Positions 52,470 through 64,000 of a stretch of 64,000 bases of DNA are shown here, one piece after another. Under the pieces are notes generated by a model. It had not been told where the DNA came from. It was given only the letters and a program-made list of their open reading frames with translations, and searched no databases. This DNA comes from Lytechinus pictus (taxonomy: Eukaryota): assembly GCF_037042905.1 (NCBI RefSeq), contig NC_087251.1, positions 16,928,001 to 16,992,000 of the forward strand. The letters are read 5' to 3'. The first letter of the stretch is position 1; every line of letters starts with the position of its first letter. The translations under genes were made by a program, and so were the position numbers.

Positions 52470-52753
52470 AAAATTACAAGCGAATATTTTGGACGTTCAT
52501 CTCCGTTGAAAGCCAAGACTAAAATGAAGGATTTTTCGCGCCTTCGCCTAGGCGCGCGCCAAAATATGAGCGCTCCTTGCGCCCAGTATAAATTATTGTC
52601 ATTGTGCGCATAAACAATACCGTCTGGCGCACCATTGTGACGTATCACCTCGTCAACCGCGCCATTCCAAATTACAAACACCTTCATGACCTGGCTTTGT
52701 TCGCCGACCTATAAATCATTTTAAATCGCCGAGTCGTCTTTAAAATACATTAT
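52470..52753 (-). promoter_or_regulatory. Candidate Pol II promoter in the A1 repeat
   Basis: CpG-rich (GGCGCGCGCC, TGCGCA, GTGACGT) in an AT-rich background, upstream of a strong minus-strand splice donor CCG|GTGAGT (51918-51913) and a TAGGCCTA-rich tract. Confidence 0.45.
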
Positions 52754-53423
52754 TAGTTTTTTATCGCCCAATTTGGATAGATTTCAACCAATAGTTGTGT
52801 GGACAGTATGTTTCCCAGGGTTGGTTAAAAGTTGGGCATTTTTTGCTCAACTATTATAAGAGTGTTGCGGGAGAAACATACGTAACATGATTTCTTTACA
52901 TGCCAGCGAGAGAGCAAAGCAATCGAGTCGTTAATAAGATGATATTTGTATTTTTATATTGCCACCTCCTTCAGCAAACCAAGTCAAACCGAACAAAACA
53001 AAGAGCACACGCTGTGGTAGCGTCTCAATAAATTTAAAGTGGGATTCGACCGAGTTAGCTTTTTTTCAAGTTTTCCGAGCTGCAGTAAGGAAAATTCTAA
53101 TCCAACATTTCTATTAAAAAAAAAACGTACAACGTACTCAGTTTTGACCAATGACCATGTTGAGTTTATGCCCTACATATAATAATTACTGTGTTTGTAG
53201 CTGGGTGAGGAACTCGACCGCTGTCGTAGCAGTGATCGGGTTTTCCCTGTAATTTGTCAATTTTGTAGGCCTTTTTATGCAAGGAATGTTATAGATGTAA
53301 ATATTTTTTTATTTGTAGGTCTATATATTCCAAAAAGAAACAAAACGTTTTAAAAATCATGAAAATGGCAATGCATCAACTGAATCTGTGCATGAATGTT
53401 ACCAACTAAAAGAGGGACTATTA

Positions 53424-53584
53424 CAGGGCCGCTGAACTGGATGGGGGGGGGGGGTCTTCATCCCCCACTTGGTTTCAGTAAACGTCTAAAAAAGGGGGAA
53501 ATAACCATCTGATTGTCTCTATTGCGTGGTCAGTCAACCACTTTCGGCTCAGCCAGCATCTTCGAAATTGTATTGCAGCACCTG
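53424..53584. mobile_element. hAT-like MITE
   Basis: CAGGGCCGC...GCAGCACCTG termini with a G-run near the left end. 5-bp TSD TATTA (53419-53423 and 53585-53589). Confidence 0.6.
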
Positions 53585-54256
53585 TATTAGGTGTCATCTA
53601 CATTAACATTTTACTTTCAAGATTTTAAATACGTAAATGCGAGCATTGAATGAAGGCTACACAAGTACAATGGCTATTTGAACTTGAGTACATCAATTAA
53701 GCCGAGGACACCATAGTTCAGTCACCGTAGCGACAGATGAAGCAATCAAACAAGAAGCTGGACAGAGCGAAATACAATGATAAATAACGCCTTGTTTTCT
53801 AATGGTCCCGTCTACTTAATTTCTTGTGGTGACATGTAGTCCGAAGAAACACCCCAACTCGGTACGATCACCTGCTTGTGAGAGTATTTTTAGCTCGATA
53901 GTCTGCGTGTGAGCGCGACAGTTGCCGTTTCTTTATGACCATTTTAACTGTTGGATAATTACCCGTGACATTTCAGACATTGTCATCAATGCCAAATAGA
54001 TAATTTCTACATCTGCACACCACCGCATCCGTCTTGAAATAGGGTTTAAAGGCATCGTCGAAAGACGTTTGTTGGAAGAATATCTTTCCGCTTCACGATA
54101 CAATACAATGTAATGATTCCTGACACAACATACATTATACTATAAAGTACTACATTTGATTGCTTTTGAAATGTAGTATTCACAAAAAATGGTAATATCA
54201 ACATCAGCATCGAAAGAATGTGCGTTAGGTTTTCCAAATTCATAAAAATGTATTTT

Positions 54257-54326
54257 ACATAATAATAATAATAATACACAGCATTTATTATGCGCCATCT
54301 ATCTAGTAATCTATTCCGAGGAGCAG
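54257..54326 (-). mobile_element. 3' tail fragment of a LINE/SINE
   Basis: (AAT)n followed by ACAGCATTTATTATGCGCC, the reverse complement of a GCGC-ATAAAT-(ATT)n tail. Confidence 0.4.
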
Positions 54327-54469
54327 CGGGATGGAGGGATTACGGGGAGAAAAAAACCATTTTGTTTCCTTTCAGTATCTAGGAATATTTTCTGTACATG
54401 CAATGAATTTTTTATTAGAATTTAGGTACATTTTTACTATTTTTTTCTAATTAAAAAAGGTACGTCATT

Positions 54470-54925
54470 ACGATTATATAATACAGTAGAGAGACGATCG
54501 ACAAGAACATGACTTGTATTTGTGCGAAGTAAACAAACTCTGAAAAACCTCCATGAATATTATAACTAAAGCCCCTGAGGAGTTCAAAAATTTGAACTGC
54601 GAATACCCCCTTTCTAAAAGAAAAATCGTAAAAGTAAGTTTAATAAATATAATACATATATACACATATCCTCTTGGGTGCATTAAAGTACTAATTTAAA
54701 ATCGAGAGACGTGTAAAAAAAATTGTCAAATTGAAATATACATGTACATGCATACTTGTAAAGTAAACAAACTCTGAAAACAACCTACTATGAAAATTAT
54801 TGTAGCCCTTGACGTGGTAAATTCTCCTTTCATAATTTTTACGTATTTTTGAAGGGGAAATCGTATAAAGGGATAAACTGTATTTCAAATAAGATGACCC
54901 TTGGGTATATTGAAATAGTCCTTTA
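54470..54925. repeat. Degenerate ~230-bp tandem duplication
   Basis: AAGTAAACAAACTCTGAAAA at 54527 and 54761; CTTGGGT.CATT-like motif at ~54673 and ~54900. Confidence 0.6.
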
Positions 54926-55611
54926 CCCTTTTAATTGCTTACATAATAATGAATATAATGATAGGAGCAAATTTTATGACTTTGTTTGTTAACATCAATA
55001 AGAATAAAAGTATGACCTCTCCTTGATGGTAATCCATCGTCATCCCAATGATATGGCTGTCGATATCACCTCTCATTCACGGTCTCATTGATGTTTGAAA
55101 TTGTGCATGTTGTTTACCCACGATGGTCGACACTCCCACCTAATGAAAGACAAACTTGGATGTGGGCCTGGGAATGCCAAGCTTCACCATCAAAGATGAA
55201 GGTTTGGACAAATCCAATGTCACGTGATACTAGGCCTGTTTTACTACTTCACTCATTACACAGGTTGACATATTGCTCGGCACACTTAAAGGATAATTAA
55301 GCGTTTAGTGACCTGCTAACGGACCAATTTCCCCCTCATCTCGTACGATTAATTTGTTCCGTTACCTAAAAGTAAACAGGTACTTCCGAGAAGAAGGTGG
55401 TGATGGGGTGGAGAGTAAGAGGAAAGGATGGAGGATGAACTGAGAACGGTTAGGGTGAGGTCGAAAATGTTTGGGAGTGGGTCAGCAATCAGAGGAATGA
55501 AAATAGGGTCAAATTTCTGGAAATGTTGTAAATCTGAGTAAAAATAATGAAGAAGCAAAATGATACTGATCTTACTTCATCAGGGAAGGACGTGTAAATT
55601 GTAATATTTAC

Positions 55612-55770
55612 GATGATGATGATGATGATGATTATGATGAGGATGATGATACTGATTTTGCTGCTGATGATAGACGGTGATATCAGACTAGGATGCTAAT
55701 GATCATGATGATGAAGACAGTGATGATGCTAAAGATGGTGCAGGGGATGTTGTTGTTGATGATGGATGAT
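55612..55770. repeat. (GAT)n microsatellite with degenerate extension
   Basis: Read directly from the sequence. Confidence 0.85.
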
Positions 55771-56884
55771 TGTAGTGATTTATTTTAACAGTAAGGGATG
55801 AAATCTGATATCAACGATGGATTCCAGAGATCTAAAAGTTCCCCTGCGTTTGGAAATGACGAACAGCGTCTCCAGAAATCCCTTTATACGTCACAGGAAT
55901 GAAATGGGAGTGAGCGAGGGTGTATACCTCGTCGCATCCTACCAGGAAATGTAGATGTCACATCAAGACGATAGCCTCTCCTCTCCTAATCACGTAGCTC
56001 AGACAGGTGATATTTATAGATCTCGGCCAGTCCCACTCCTAGAACATGTAGAAGACGCACTCTGTCCCTTCCGCCAGTGTTCCGCATTCATGGATGTACA
56101 AAATGATTAATCCATGTTCCCCTCTGCCTTTTCCAATGGGACCCGTTCTAGAAAGTCACATTCAAACATAACTGAAAAACAAATCAAGCCCCGAATACGA
56201 GCTCTTGATTGGTTGATAATCAAGTTGTGTTTGACTTCTAGTGTTGTGTTTGATTGCTACCCTTGCTGCAACGGGTCCAGGGGATCTTCGAGATACAAGA
56301 GGAGAAGACACATCGACATTTATCGATGCTGGCAAGCACGATCCAATCTTTCAATTGAGAATGACCTTCCGGAAGTAATAAAGATCACTAGATAAAGAGG
56401 ACATCCGTTGTCATGGAGGTGAACTAGATTTCGACCCCGTACTTGAAAGATGTAGAAACAGATCGTCTTGCTGTTGTTTGAGATGATAATCAAAATTAAG
56501 GAAAGATAAACTTTCAATATCATGTTTAACATTGGGTGAGCCTCTTAAATAAGTCCCACTGGAACATCGCGACCATAAATCATTAAGGATCCAGAAATCA
56601 TAGTAACCCATCAGAAGTTTCTTTGTGAAACCGATCATGTCAGGAAAATTATCTGTTCCATGTGACAAACATATTTAAAATTTAATTCATAATTAGAGTT
56701 TTCTACATTCTTACGAACAATTTAGTCAAAATTAAGCAAACTATTTGTTACAGTCTTCTAAAGTATGGCCTGATTTTGACCAGTCCTTGTGGTCGGTCAC
56801 ACATTCGACAATTATTGGTTATTTTGTCGAATTATTTTCAAGCGTTTAGAGTATCTATGGATAATATTTATAATCTTCACAAGC

Positions 56885-57165
56885 CAGAAGCGGATCTAGA
56901 GGGGGGGTTGGGGGGGTTGCAACCCCCCCAAAAAAAAAATCAAAAAAAAAAAAAAAATTTATACCAAAAAGAGTGGTGTTTTAGATGCAAGGAAACGCCA
57001 TTTTCACACACAGATTTTCAAAAATTTTCCCTACTGTGGGAGGGGGGACACCCCCCCCCTCCCACACCCTCCCCCCTCGCTCGCTCCGCTCGCTTGGACT
57101 CGGTCGCTACGCTCCCTCGCATACCACCCCAACCCCCCCTTTATAAAAAGCTGGATCCGCCCCTG
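56885..57165. mobile_element. hAT-like MITE with 6-bp TSD
   Basis: TIR CAGAAGCGGATCTAG...CTGGATCCGCCCCTG. Perfect TSD ACAAGC (56879-56884 and 57166-57171). Internal G/C runs and CGCTCGCT repeats. Confidence 0.85.
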
Positions 57166-60100
57166 ACAAGCTCTGAAGCATCTCACAATCCGTTCTCTTA
57201 TAGCTGTGTAAAACTTTGGTAAATAATGCGAACTATTATATTCTATTATATTGTCAGCCTATTCCATGACTGAGCAGTGGTACCAGAAACAAATATATAG
57301 GATCGCTTTTATGTTTATTGATGGGCTCAATTTGTTTAATTTAAACATTCTAATTGTAAAATTTAACCACATGTAAGATCTGTCATATCGCATATTTTAC
57401 ACATAACGTAATAGTTTTATGATACACTATTCGACAGACAGAGAATATTTATTATGTGATTTATCAAAATTTGATACAAGCTTTGACATGCCCTTGAATA
57501 TCATTGTTTAGAGCGGTGTTTTATGTTAATAATTTAATTAAAACCAGTGTTCTTGGTCCCAAACGAGAATAATCCTGTACATTTTTTTAAATTGAAGCCT
57601 TGTTACTCATGCACACAACCACTTGACAGTTGTTAACAGAGCTGATTATTTGAAGAGCAAGGGTGGTAAGTCATAACCCTGAGGGAGGGGGCGTTTTTGG
57701 TGTCATGGATGTAGAACCTGTGGGATGACATAAAGATAAACTTCATAGCGTTCATGAACCCCAGGAGACTACACTCTTTAGGGTTCGATGTCATTTTTAG
57801 GAGTAGTTCAGTGAGATTGATATTGTTTTACTATGATCCCTGTACCATTATACAGGGAGGTTGATCTCCTCATTTTGGAACATTTTAGGTATTAAAATAT
57901 TACATAATATACATTCTAATTGACCAAGCCTTTTATGTTGTGCTTACATGGGACCCTAAATCATTAAAAGTACAACAAGCTCTTAAACCCTACAGGAATG
58001 TTGTCTTAGACATGTGAGATGACAGGAGTCTTGTCTACTTGATAACTTGCGCTACCTTCATGAACTTGTTGGCTAATGGGATGAAAGATTTCACACAAGA
58101 CATGAATGAATTATAATGTGAATGACTCCTTTGAGCATTCTTAGTAAGATGAAGGGTTACCTTCTTCAAGACCATCATGTTTGAGGGCATTCACCTAACA
58201 TTGATGAGATCGTCATCAGGCAAATAGGGTGCTACCAACAAGGTGTTAACAGTTCGACATTGGCAACCAACTTTCCTATGAAGAGGGCACAACCTAATCC
58301 AATATGCTGTTCATCGTGCCCAGATGTTCTACATTTGTCACCAGAAAGGCAATAATAACATAAACAATAGAATCGCTCAAAATCTGTGAATTTGTTCCAT
58401 ACTTGTAACCCTTCTTCGAAGAATCAATAATTAATACCGTCTATTTAAGATTCATCTGACATCTTTTATAATGATCAACCGGAAATGATTTCCGCTTCGA
58501 GGAAATCAACTAGATCGTAGATGTGTCATAATCAAAACCTCATCAGCAGGAGTTTAAATTAGTACAAACATATTGACCATTTAAACCATGAGATTCGACG
58601 GTTCAAATATAATTCACATGTTACAGATAGATGAATAGAGGCACATATTCAAGCCAGTCGCTCCAATGAATACACTTGTTGGAAATATCAAAAATGTTCC
58701 GAAGGCATGGAAGGGTGGGGTTGGATCAGGGGGCTGGTGTCCACTTTACCAACAATCTACGTAAAGCTAGGATATATACGTAAGCCCATAAGATTTCTCA
58801 CTTCAATAGCTATATATATTGAAGATCACGGAGAAACAAACAGTTTTATACCGCCACGATTATTTTGGGATGGATAACATTTAATGCGCTCACGATGTAA
58901 CTTTTCTGTCTTGTTGTTTAAGTATCAGCTATGCTCATGATTTGAATTTATAGTGGGCTGTCGGAATGTTTGGGTCCATGAACATCACTGAAAAATGCTT
59001 CATAAAATCAACGATTGTTCATGATTTCATTCTCATATAGTGTGAAAATCAGTTTGGTCCCATCTTTTCTTGCCAACTTATTACATTTTGGCTTATCTAT
59101 CTCTATTAAATAGCATTGTGATTGGTAAACTAGGACACTCATAACATTTTTGACAGTGGTGCAGGTACAGGTCCTGTGTTCCGCATGGGAAATGGTTGTA
59201 ACGTCTCGTACGACAGAAAAAAGAGGAATAAGATTTATTGAAATGAAATAAAGTGTCAATTGCTTCAATGATCATATTTACACATACGACCTTGACATTG
59301 CTGAACTGAGAATATAACCTCATTTCGCATGAACTAAATATACCAAATCAAGATAAGGATTGGTGGATTGATAAGTATCGGAGGAGCTGACTTCCCCAAA
59401 TTTCCTTCTAAACATCACCATCATTGTTGTGATTCTATTCCTTAGGTTGGGTGAGGAGTATACTAAATATAGACGTTTATCAGTCTGATCATGACCATCG
59501 AGGTTTTTTTTTCCATAGGTGTTACTTTCCATAATCACAGTATAAAATCAATGCACCTCGTCCTCAGCTTGTCAATGTCGATATTGCTCTGCTCGAACAC
59601 AGTTTGTATGTCACTGCAAGAACGTCAATTCAATTGGACAATCAGATAATGGATGCTTCTTTGTAATCTATAATATGAAACGTGACTTTGTGTCACTTTG
59701 ATTTGCAAAAGGATTCACTTAGAATAAAATAAAAAAAGTCACTTAACATCTAGTGATGCATCAAAAAAGAAGGAGTATATGTGAATGACTTCCCCTACAT
59801 GGAAACTGTCTTTATAATTGATTTCATAATGACTTACGAGCTTATTTATATTGCAAATTATTTGGTATTACGATAAATTATTCTCAGATTAAGTCTAATG
59901 ATAGTGGGTAACTAGAAATGCCAATGACACTGCATCATGCAGCCCTTCGAAGAAATTAGATGGTGCAATGATCTTTGATGTTTGACTTGGCAGAGACGTC
60001 GTACAGCTGCAAGAAGCCATGTACCATTACTCGATGGCACTTCCTCACTTACACACCCCTCAGGGGGGTCAATTGAGTATCTGTCATCGCCCCCTCCTCA

Positions 60101-62897
60101 TCACCCTCGCAGTCTTCATCGTCTATCTTTTGGTCAGCCAAGATCGTGATTATCACTCTTTTTCGTTTCCGAAACATCTTTATAATCCTATCTCCCAATC
60201 AATTATACAACTGTCATTTAATTGCACTTTGTCTCATCCGTCTTTCAAAATTACCCATTTTTATGGAAAACCGCTTGGTTTCACAAAATTTCTCTGACTT
60301 GACAAAATTAAGGTAAATTTCTTGAATCTTGTCAGAATGATCTAATAGCCAGAGTTCATGGATTCTTTCTTTTTTTAGATAACCAAAATATTTGAAAGTG
60401 ATCATTACAACCTAAAAAGTTATGCAAAATAATTAGAATATTCTATTCAATAAGAATACAACAAGTTGTGATCCAAAGTGCTTACCAAAGATATACTCGA
60501 AAGTGAGTTAAATGTCTAATTGCTCTCTTTAAAGTCCCAAAATGATACTTAAATCTGCGATTTTAAGGATGATTCAATACTGATAATTCAAACAAGCTAC
60601 CAACACTAATCAAATACTATTATTTCAACTATATTTTCGCTATATGTTTATCATGATTGTTCATTACCACGATTACAGACAAATAAAATCCGGTACGATC
60701 ATTCAATCTAGTCCTCCAATATTTAAAGTACTTAATATCGGCATTGTGACATGACCTTCCTTGATATGGACATCAGCTGGATGAAGGGTTCGCTTTATTG
60801 AGAGTTTGTATTCTAGGTCTAGACGAGGCTGACTGAATTACTGAGGCCATCATTCATATCAGAGGTTATCAAAGATACATGTAAGTGACTATAAAAATGT
60901 GCATTAGGGCCTAAAGAATAATTTTAAGCAAGGTGGTTAAGCGTAGGTGGTCGATATCACGTGGGTGTCCGGGTAAGATGAATGGTAAGTGTGTGTGGGT
61001 GATGATAGTGCGTGGGTCGGTAAGTGGGTGTCTGTGACTGCTGAATGGGTCCAACAGGCAATTTAGTTTTGTCACTTATGAATAACTTCACATGGATGTT
61101 TGCTCTTGCAGTCTTAACGACATAATGTGGCGTCTCGCACACGCACACCCACTTCATGGGCTCCACCCACCCACTCACACCCAATAAGTTGTGCCCATAG
61201 GACACGAAAATACCTTGAATGTCTTGTTGGATATCTCGTCTGGTCAGTTACCCCTGTATTAGATAAAATCAAGGAGTGGTCAGACTGATATGTTTTTGAG
61301 TTAGGACAAACAACGTTCGTTTCCTACGAATATACCAGATGACCTTTTAATGATACTATAAGAACGAGAATGTGTTTTTCAGCATACACCAATTTAGAGC
61401 ACCATTCCGTCATTCATTTCAAACTGTAATGACATGAATGACGAGTGACCTTTCTTACAAGTTACGACACCTACCAATAATCAATAATACTTGTTTTCTT
61501 GTTTATTTGAAATGTATATCCCTTTATCCTCTTTTGAATATATAGACAAATAACTTGCAAGGATGGTGTCTCTTTATATTTTTTTCGTGATCTACTTTTG
61601 TTTTCTGGATTACTATCATGATTAAGCATATTTCCAGCGGATGCTTGATATTTTGATGTTATTTATGGAGGGGGTGGTTTAAAAATTTGATGGGCGAAGA
61701 CAGTCTACCGTAGAAAGAATCGATACAGAAAGCATTTTTACGTTTCGTTTCAAGAACGAAACGTTTTAGTAAGGAGTGATGTACTATTTTAATATTGTAT
61801 TGTCTATAAGAAATATGAATGGATATGCTTGTACAAGTCTAATGTGAAAAGAAGAAAAAATATATATATATACATAATAATGTATGATATAATATATACA
61901 ATATGATATATTCTGCACATATAACTAACAAAGCCCACAAGTGTTTTCGCCTTGTTGTTGTTGTTGTTTAAAAAAAAGAAACAAATTATTTTAATGTTTA
62001 ACCCATCTGTAAGCACAGGTACACTAGCGCCCCCTCGTCTATGCATGGGTGACCTAGGCATTTATGTCCGAAAAATCGGCACAATGTACCGTGCTGACCG
62101 GTATGATTGCATCTTTGAAAGGGCAGGGCAAGCGCAACTAGTTGGAACTGAGCTGAAGATAGCGGTTTGTTTTTGGTGAAGTTTTGTTTATATGCCATTT
62201 TGACAAGAGTTACTGCAAACTTTTGTACATATCATAATTATCCTCTTTCATATCAGAAGGATACAAAAAAAATATTTTATATATGTATACATCATATTGG
62301 TAATAATATTATTATGTGAGAAGTGAGATTTTTTATTAATAATGTCAATGGCGACAATAGTCAAATATGACTAATCGCCACTCAAACCAACATAAGAAGA
62401 AGAAGATAATACTTGAAGAGCAGCCAACCAACCATGTTGAGACTTCCTACAATCTAACCATGGTACCTCCATGATCTAACTTGAATGTCAGTGCCCTAAT
62501 ACATGCCAAGATCTCTTCAAAATATATCAAAACAGGAGGAGGAGAGGAAGAAAATATTCTTCATGTACATCATCAAAAGATGACCACAGCGACGAAATCG
62601 GACTTGATCATCGCCCGTTCAAATCTGGCCTAAATACACAACATTCGCCCTTTCTTTCAGAAGGACGTTTAAAAATAAATTGAATATACATAAGTAAGGA
62701 AAATTTGATTCTGTTTTGTTCAAAGTCTTGGCATGGCCTCTGGGATTCCATATTAAGATTTAAAACTAATACGACTTTAATTGTAATTGGATATAATTAA
62801 TTTGGTAATGAGCAGGATAGTGTTGGGGCACTGTACACGTAGATGATGATGATAGATATGGAAACAAATTTGCACCTCCCATTATTGTACAACTCTG

Positions 62898-63347
62898 GGT
62901 TTATTTCCAATTCGTCTAATGCGAATTCGTCCAATTGCCAACTCGTCTACTATCATTTGGTCTACCATCAGTTCGTCCACTATCCACTTGGTCTAATTGA
63001 CAACTCGTCCACTCATCACTTCGTCTAATAACCAGTTGGTCATATAGCCATTTAGTTCATATACCATTTGGTCTAAATGGACGAAGTGTTAATTGTGTAA
63101 AATGAATGAAAATGAACATGGATATTAGACCAAATGGTTATGATACGAAATGGTCATAGACAAAATGGTGATTAGACGAAGTTACGATTGGACCAAATAG
63201 TTGTTAGACGAAATGTTGATGGACGAAATGGCATTAGACTAAATAAAAGTAGACCATGTGGTGAATGGACGATTTGGCAGTAGACTAAATGAAAGTAGTC
63301 CATGTGGTGAATGGACGATATGGCAGTAGACGAAATGGTAATTAACC
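62898..63347. mobile_element. Foldback / Mutator-like MITE built from ~15-bp subrepeats
   Basis: Left arm of (T/G)GTC(T/C)A units and right arm of inverse T(A/G)GAC(G/C)AA units. Termini GGTTTATTTCCAATTCGTCTA / TAGACGAAATGGTAATTAACC. No TSD resolved. Confidence 0.75.
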
Positions 63348-64000
63348 TTTAGATGCACTCTAAATGATCCACAGTTGCACCTTTGAGAGTGCTAATGTGC
63401 TTTTCATGGTGTGGAAAAGACACTTGTCCCCTTTTCCGTCTTATTTACATGGGTTGTACGATTGATTCCATTCGAAATAGTTGTGATAATGTTGTTATAA
63501 GAACGTAAATCCGAACTTTCTTTTCTAATTAATGTCCATCTTGTCCTGCTGTCAAAATACTTCTCACATCTGGCCCTTAAATTAATTATTTGCTACACGG
63601 GTAATACAAACTGCAGAATTTTCATACGGTTATGGTCCGAATTAATTAATAAACATCATCATGATCGTTATCATCATTTTCTTTCATGATTCTCAGGGTC
63701 ATTCATTCAATCAAATGTTAGTAGGATGCATTTTAATCAATACAAATTTATTAACTGGCATTGGTTTCTTGCTAGACCAAGGGATGGTGAGTTCAAAGAG
63801 GATTTGGGGGATGATCTAATCTTCACGTTTCATCATCACCATTTTGAAGGAAGGATGAACATGAACTTCCACATTCTCATATAGGATGGCGAAATCTTAG
63901 CATTTCCAACATGCTAATCTTTCCAATCTATTCTTGTCAAACGCACTTTCCGTAGCACAACATGAGACAAGGTACATATATAGTTAGACGATCGACCTTC

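Larger units (their letters stand above)
43938..52753 (-). mobile_element. Non-autonomous split-direct-repeat element (Ngaro/PAT/TOC1-like tyrosine-recombinase retroelement architecture), no ORFs
   Basis: 740-bp repeat at 43938-44677 and 45412-46151 (offset 1474, one mismatch noticed). 284-bp repeat at 45133-45416 and 52470-52753 (offset 7337). Minus-strand order A1-internal-B1-A2-spacer-B2. ATTAT shared at 43938, 45412 and 52749. The repeat layout is directly seen; the class assignment is inference. Confidence 0.7.
43826..52864. mobile_element. ~230-bp CAC-terminated MITE split in two (43826-43937 and 52754-52864) by the 8.8-kb element
   Basis: Left CACGCTTAAAATGTTGGGCAA and right TTGCTCAACTATTATAAGAGTG are imperfect inverted termini. 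TT on both flanks (43824-43825 and 52865-52866). CCCAA/TTGGG subrepeats in both halves. Confidence 0.7.

Noticed and set aside
45102..52687. Duplicated ORFs MKVFVIWNGAVDEV... (45102-45350 and 52403-52687) as paralogous genes
   Set aside because: Their identity only reflects the 284-bp A repeat; the frames diverge exactly at the repeat boundary and show no known domain.
56776..57222. 148-aa ORF, the longest in the window
   Set aside because: Reads through a GC-rich MITE with homopolymer runs; low-complexity product.
62898..63347. Short regularly spaced repeats as a CRISPR or iteron array
   Set aside because: The ~15-bp units invert at the centre and have no unique spacers, typical of a foldback MITE.

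Overview
AT-rich eukaryotic DNA with no recognisable protein-coding gene, rRNA, true tRNA or CRISPR array. All ORFs in the track are short (<150 aa) and most lie in repeats or low-complexity sequence. The repeat types (tRNA-derived SINE, satellite-bearing Helentron-like elements, Kolobok/Harbinger/CMC MITEs, TAGGCCTA-rich tract) suggest a marine invertebrate, probably a sea urchin (inference); the window is intergenic or lies in a large intron. Two structures stand out. (1) An 8.8-kb ORF-less element at 43938-52753 has near-identical split direct repeats. On the minus strand it reads A1(284 bp) - 6.3 kb internal - B1(740 bp) - A2 - 455 bp spacer - B2, the layout of Ngaro/PAT/TOC1-type tyrosine-recombinase retroelements. 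It shares an ATTAT core at both ends and at the B1/A2 junction, has a CpG-rich promoter-like A repeat, a poly(A) signal in B and spliced-transcript signals inside, and it splits a small MITE whose two halves and TT target duplication are still visible. (2) A four-level nest of eight non-autonomous DNA transposons occupies about 5055-12464, and several have intact TIRs and target-site duplications. The rest is scattered MITEs, a SINE, microsatellites and unique non-coding DNA.
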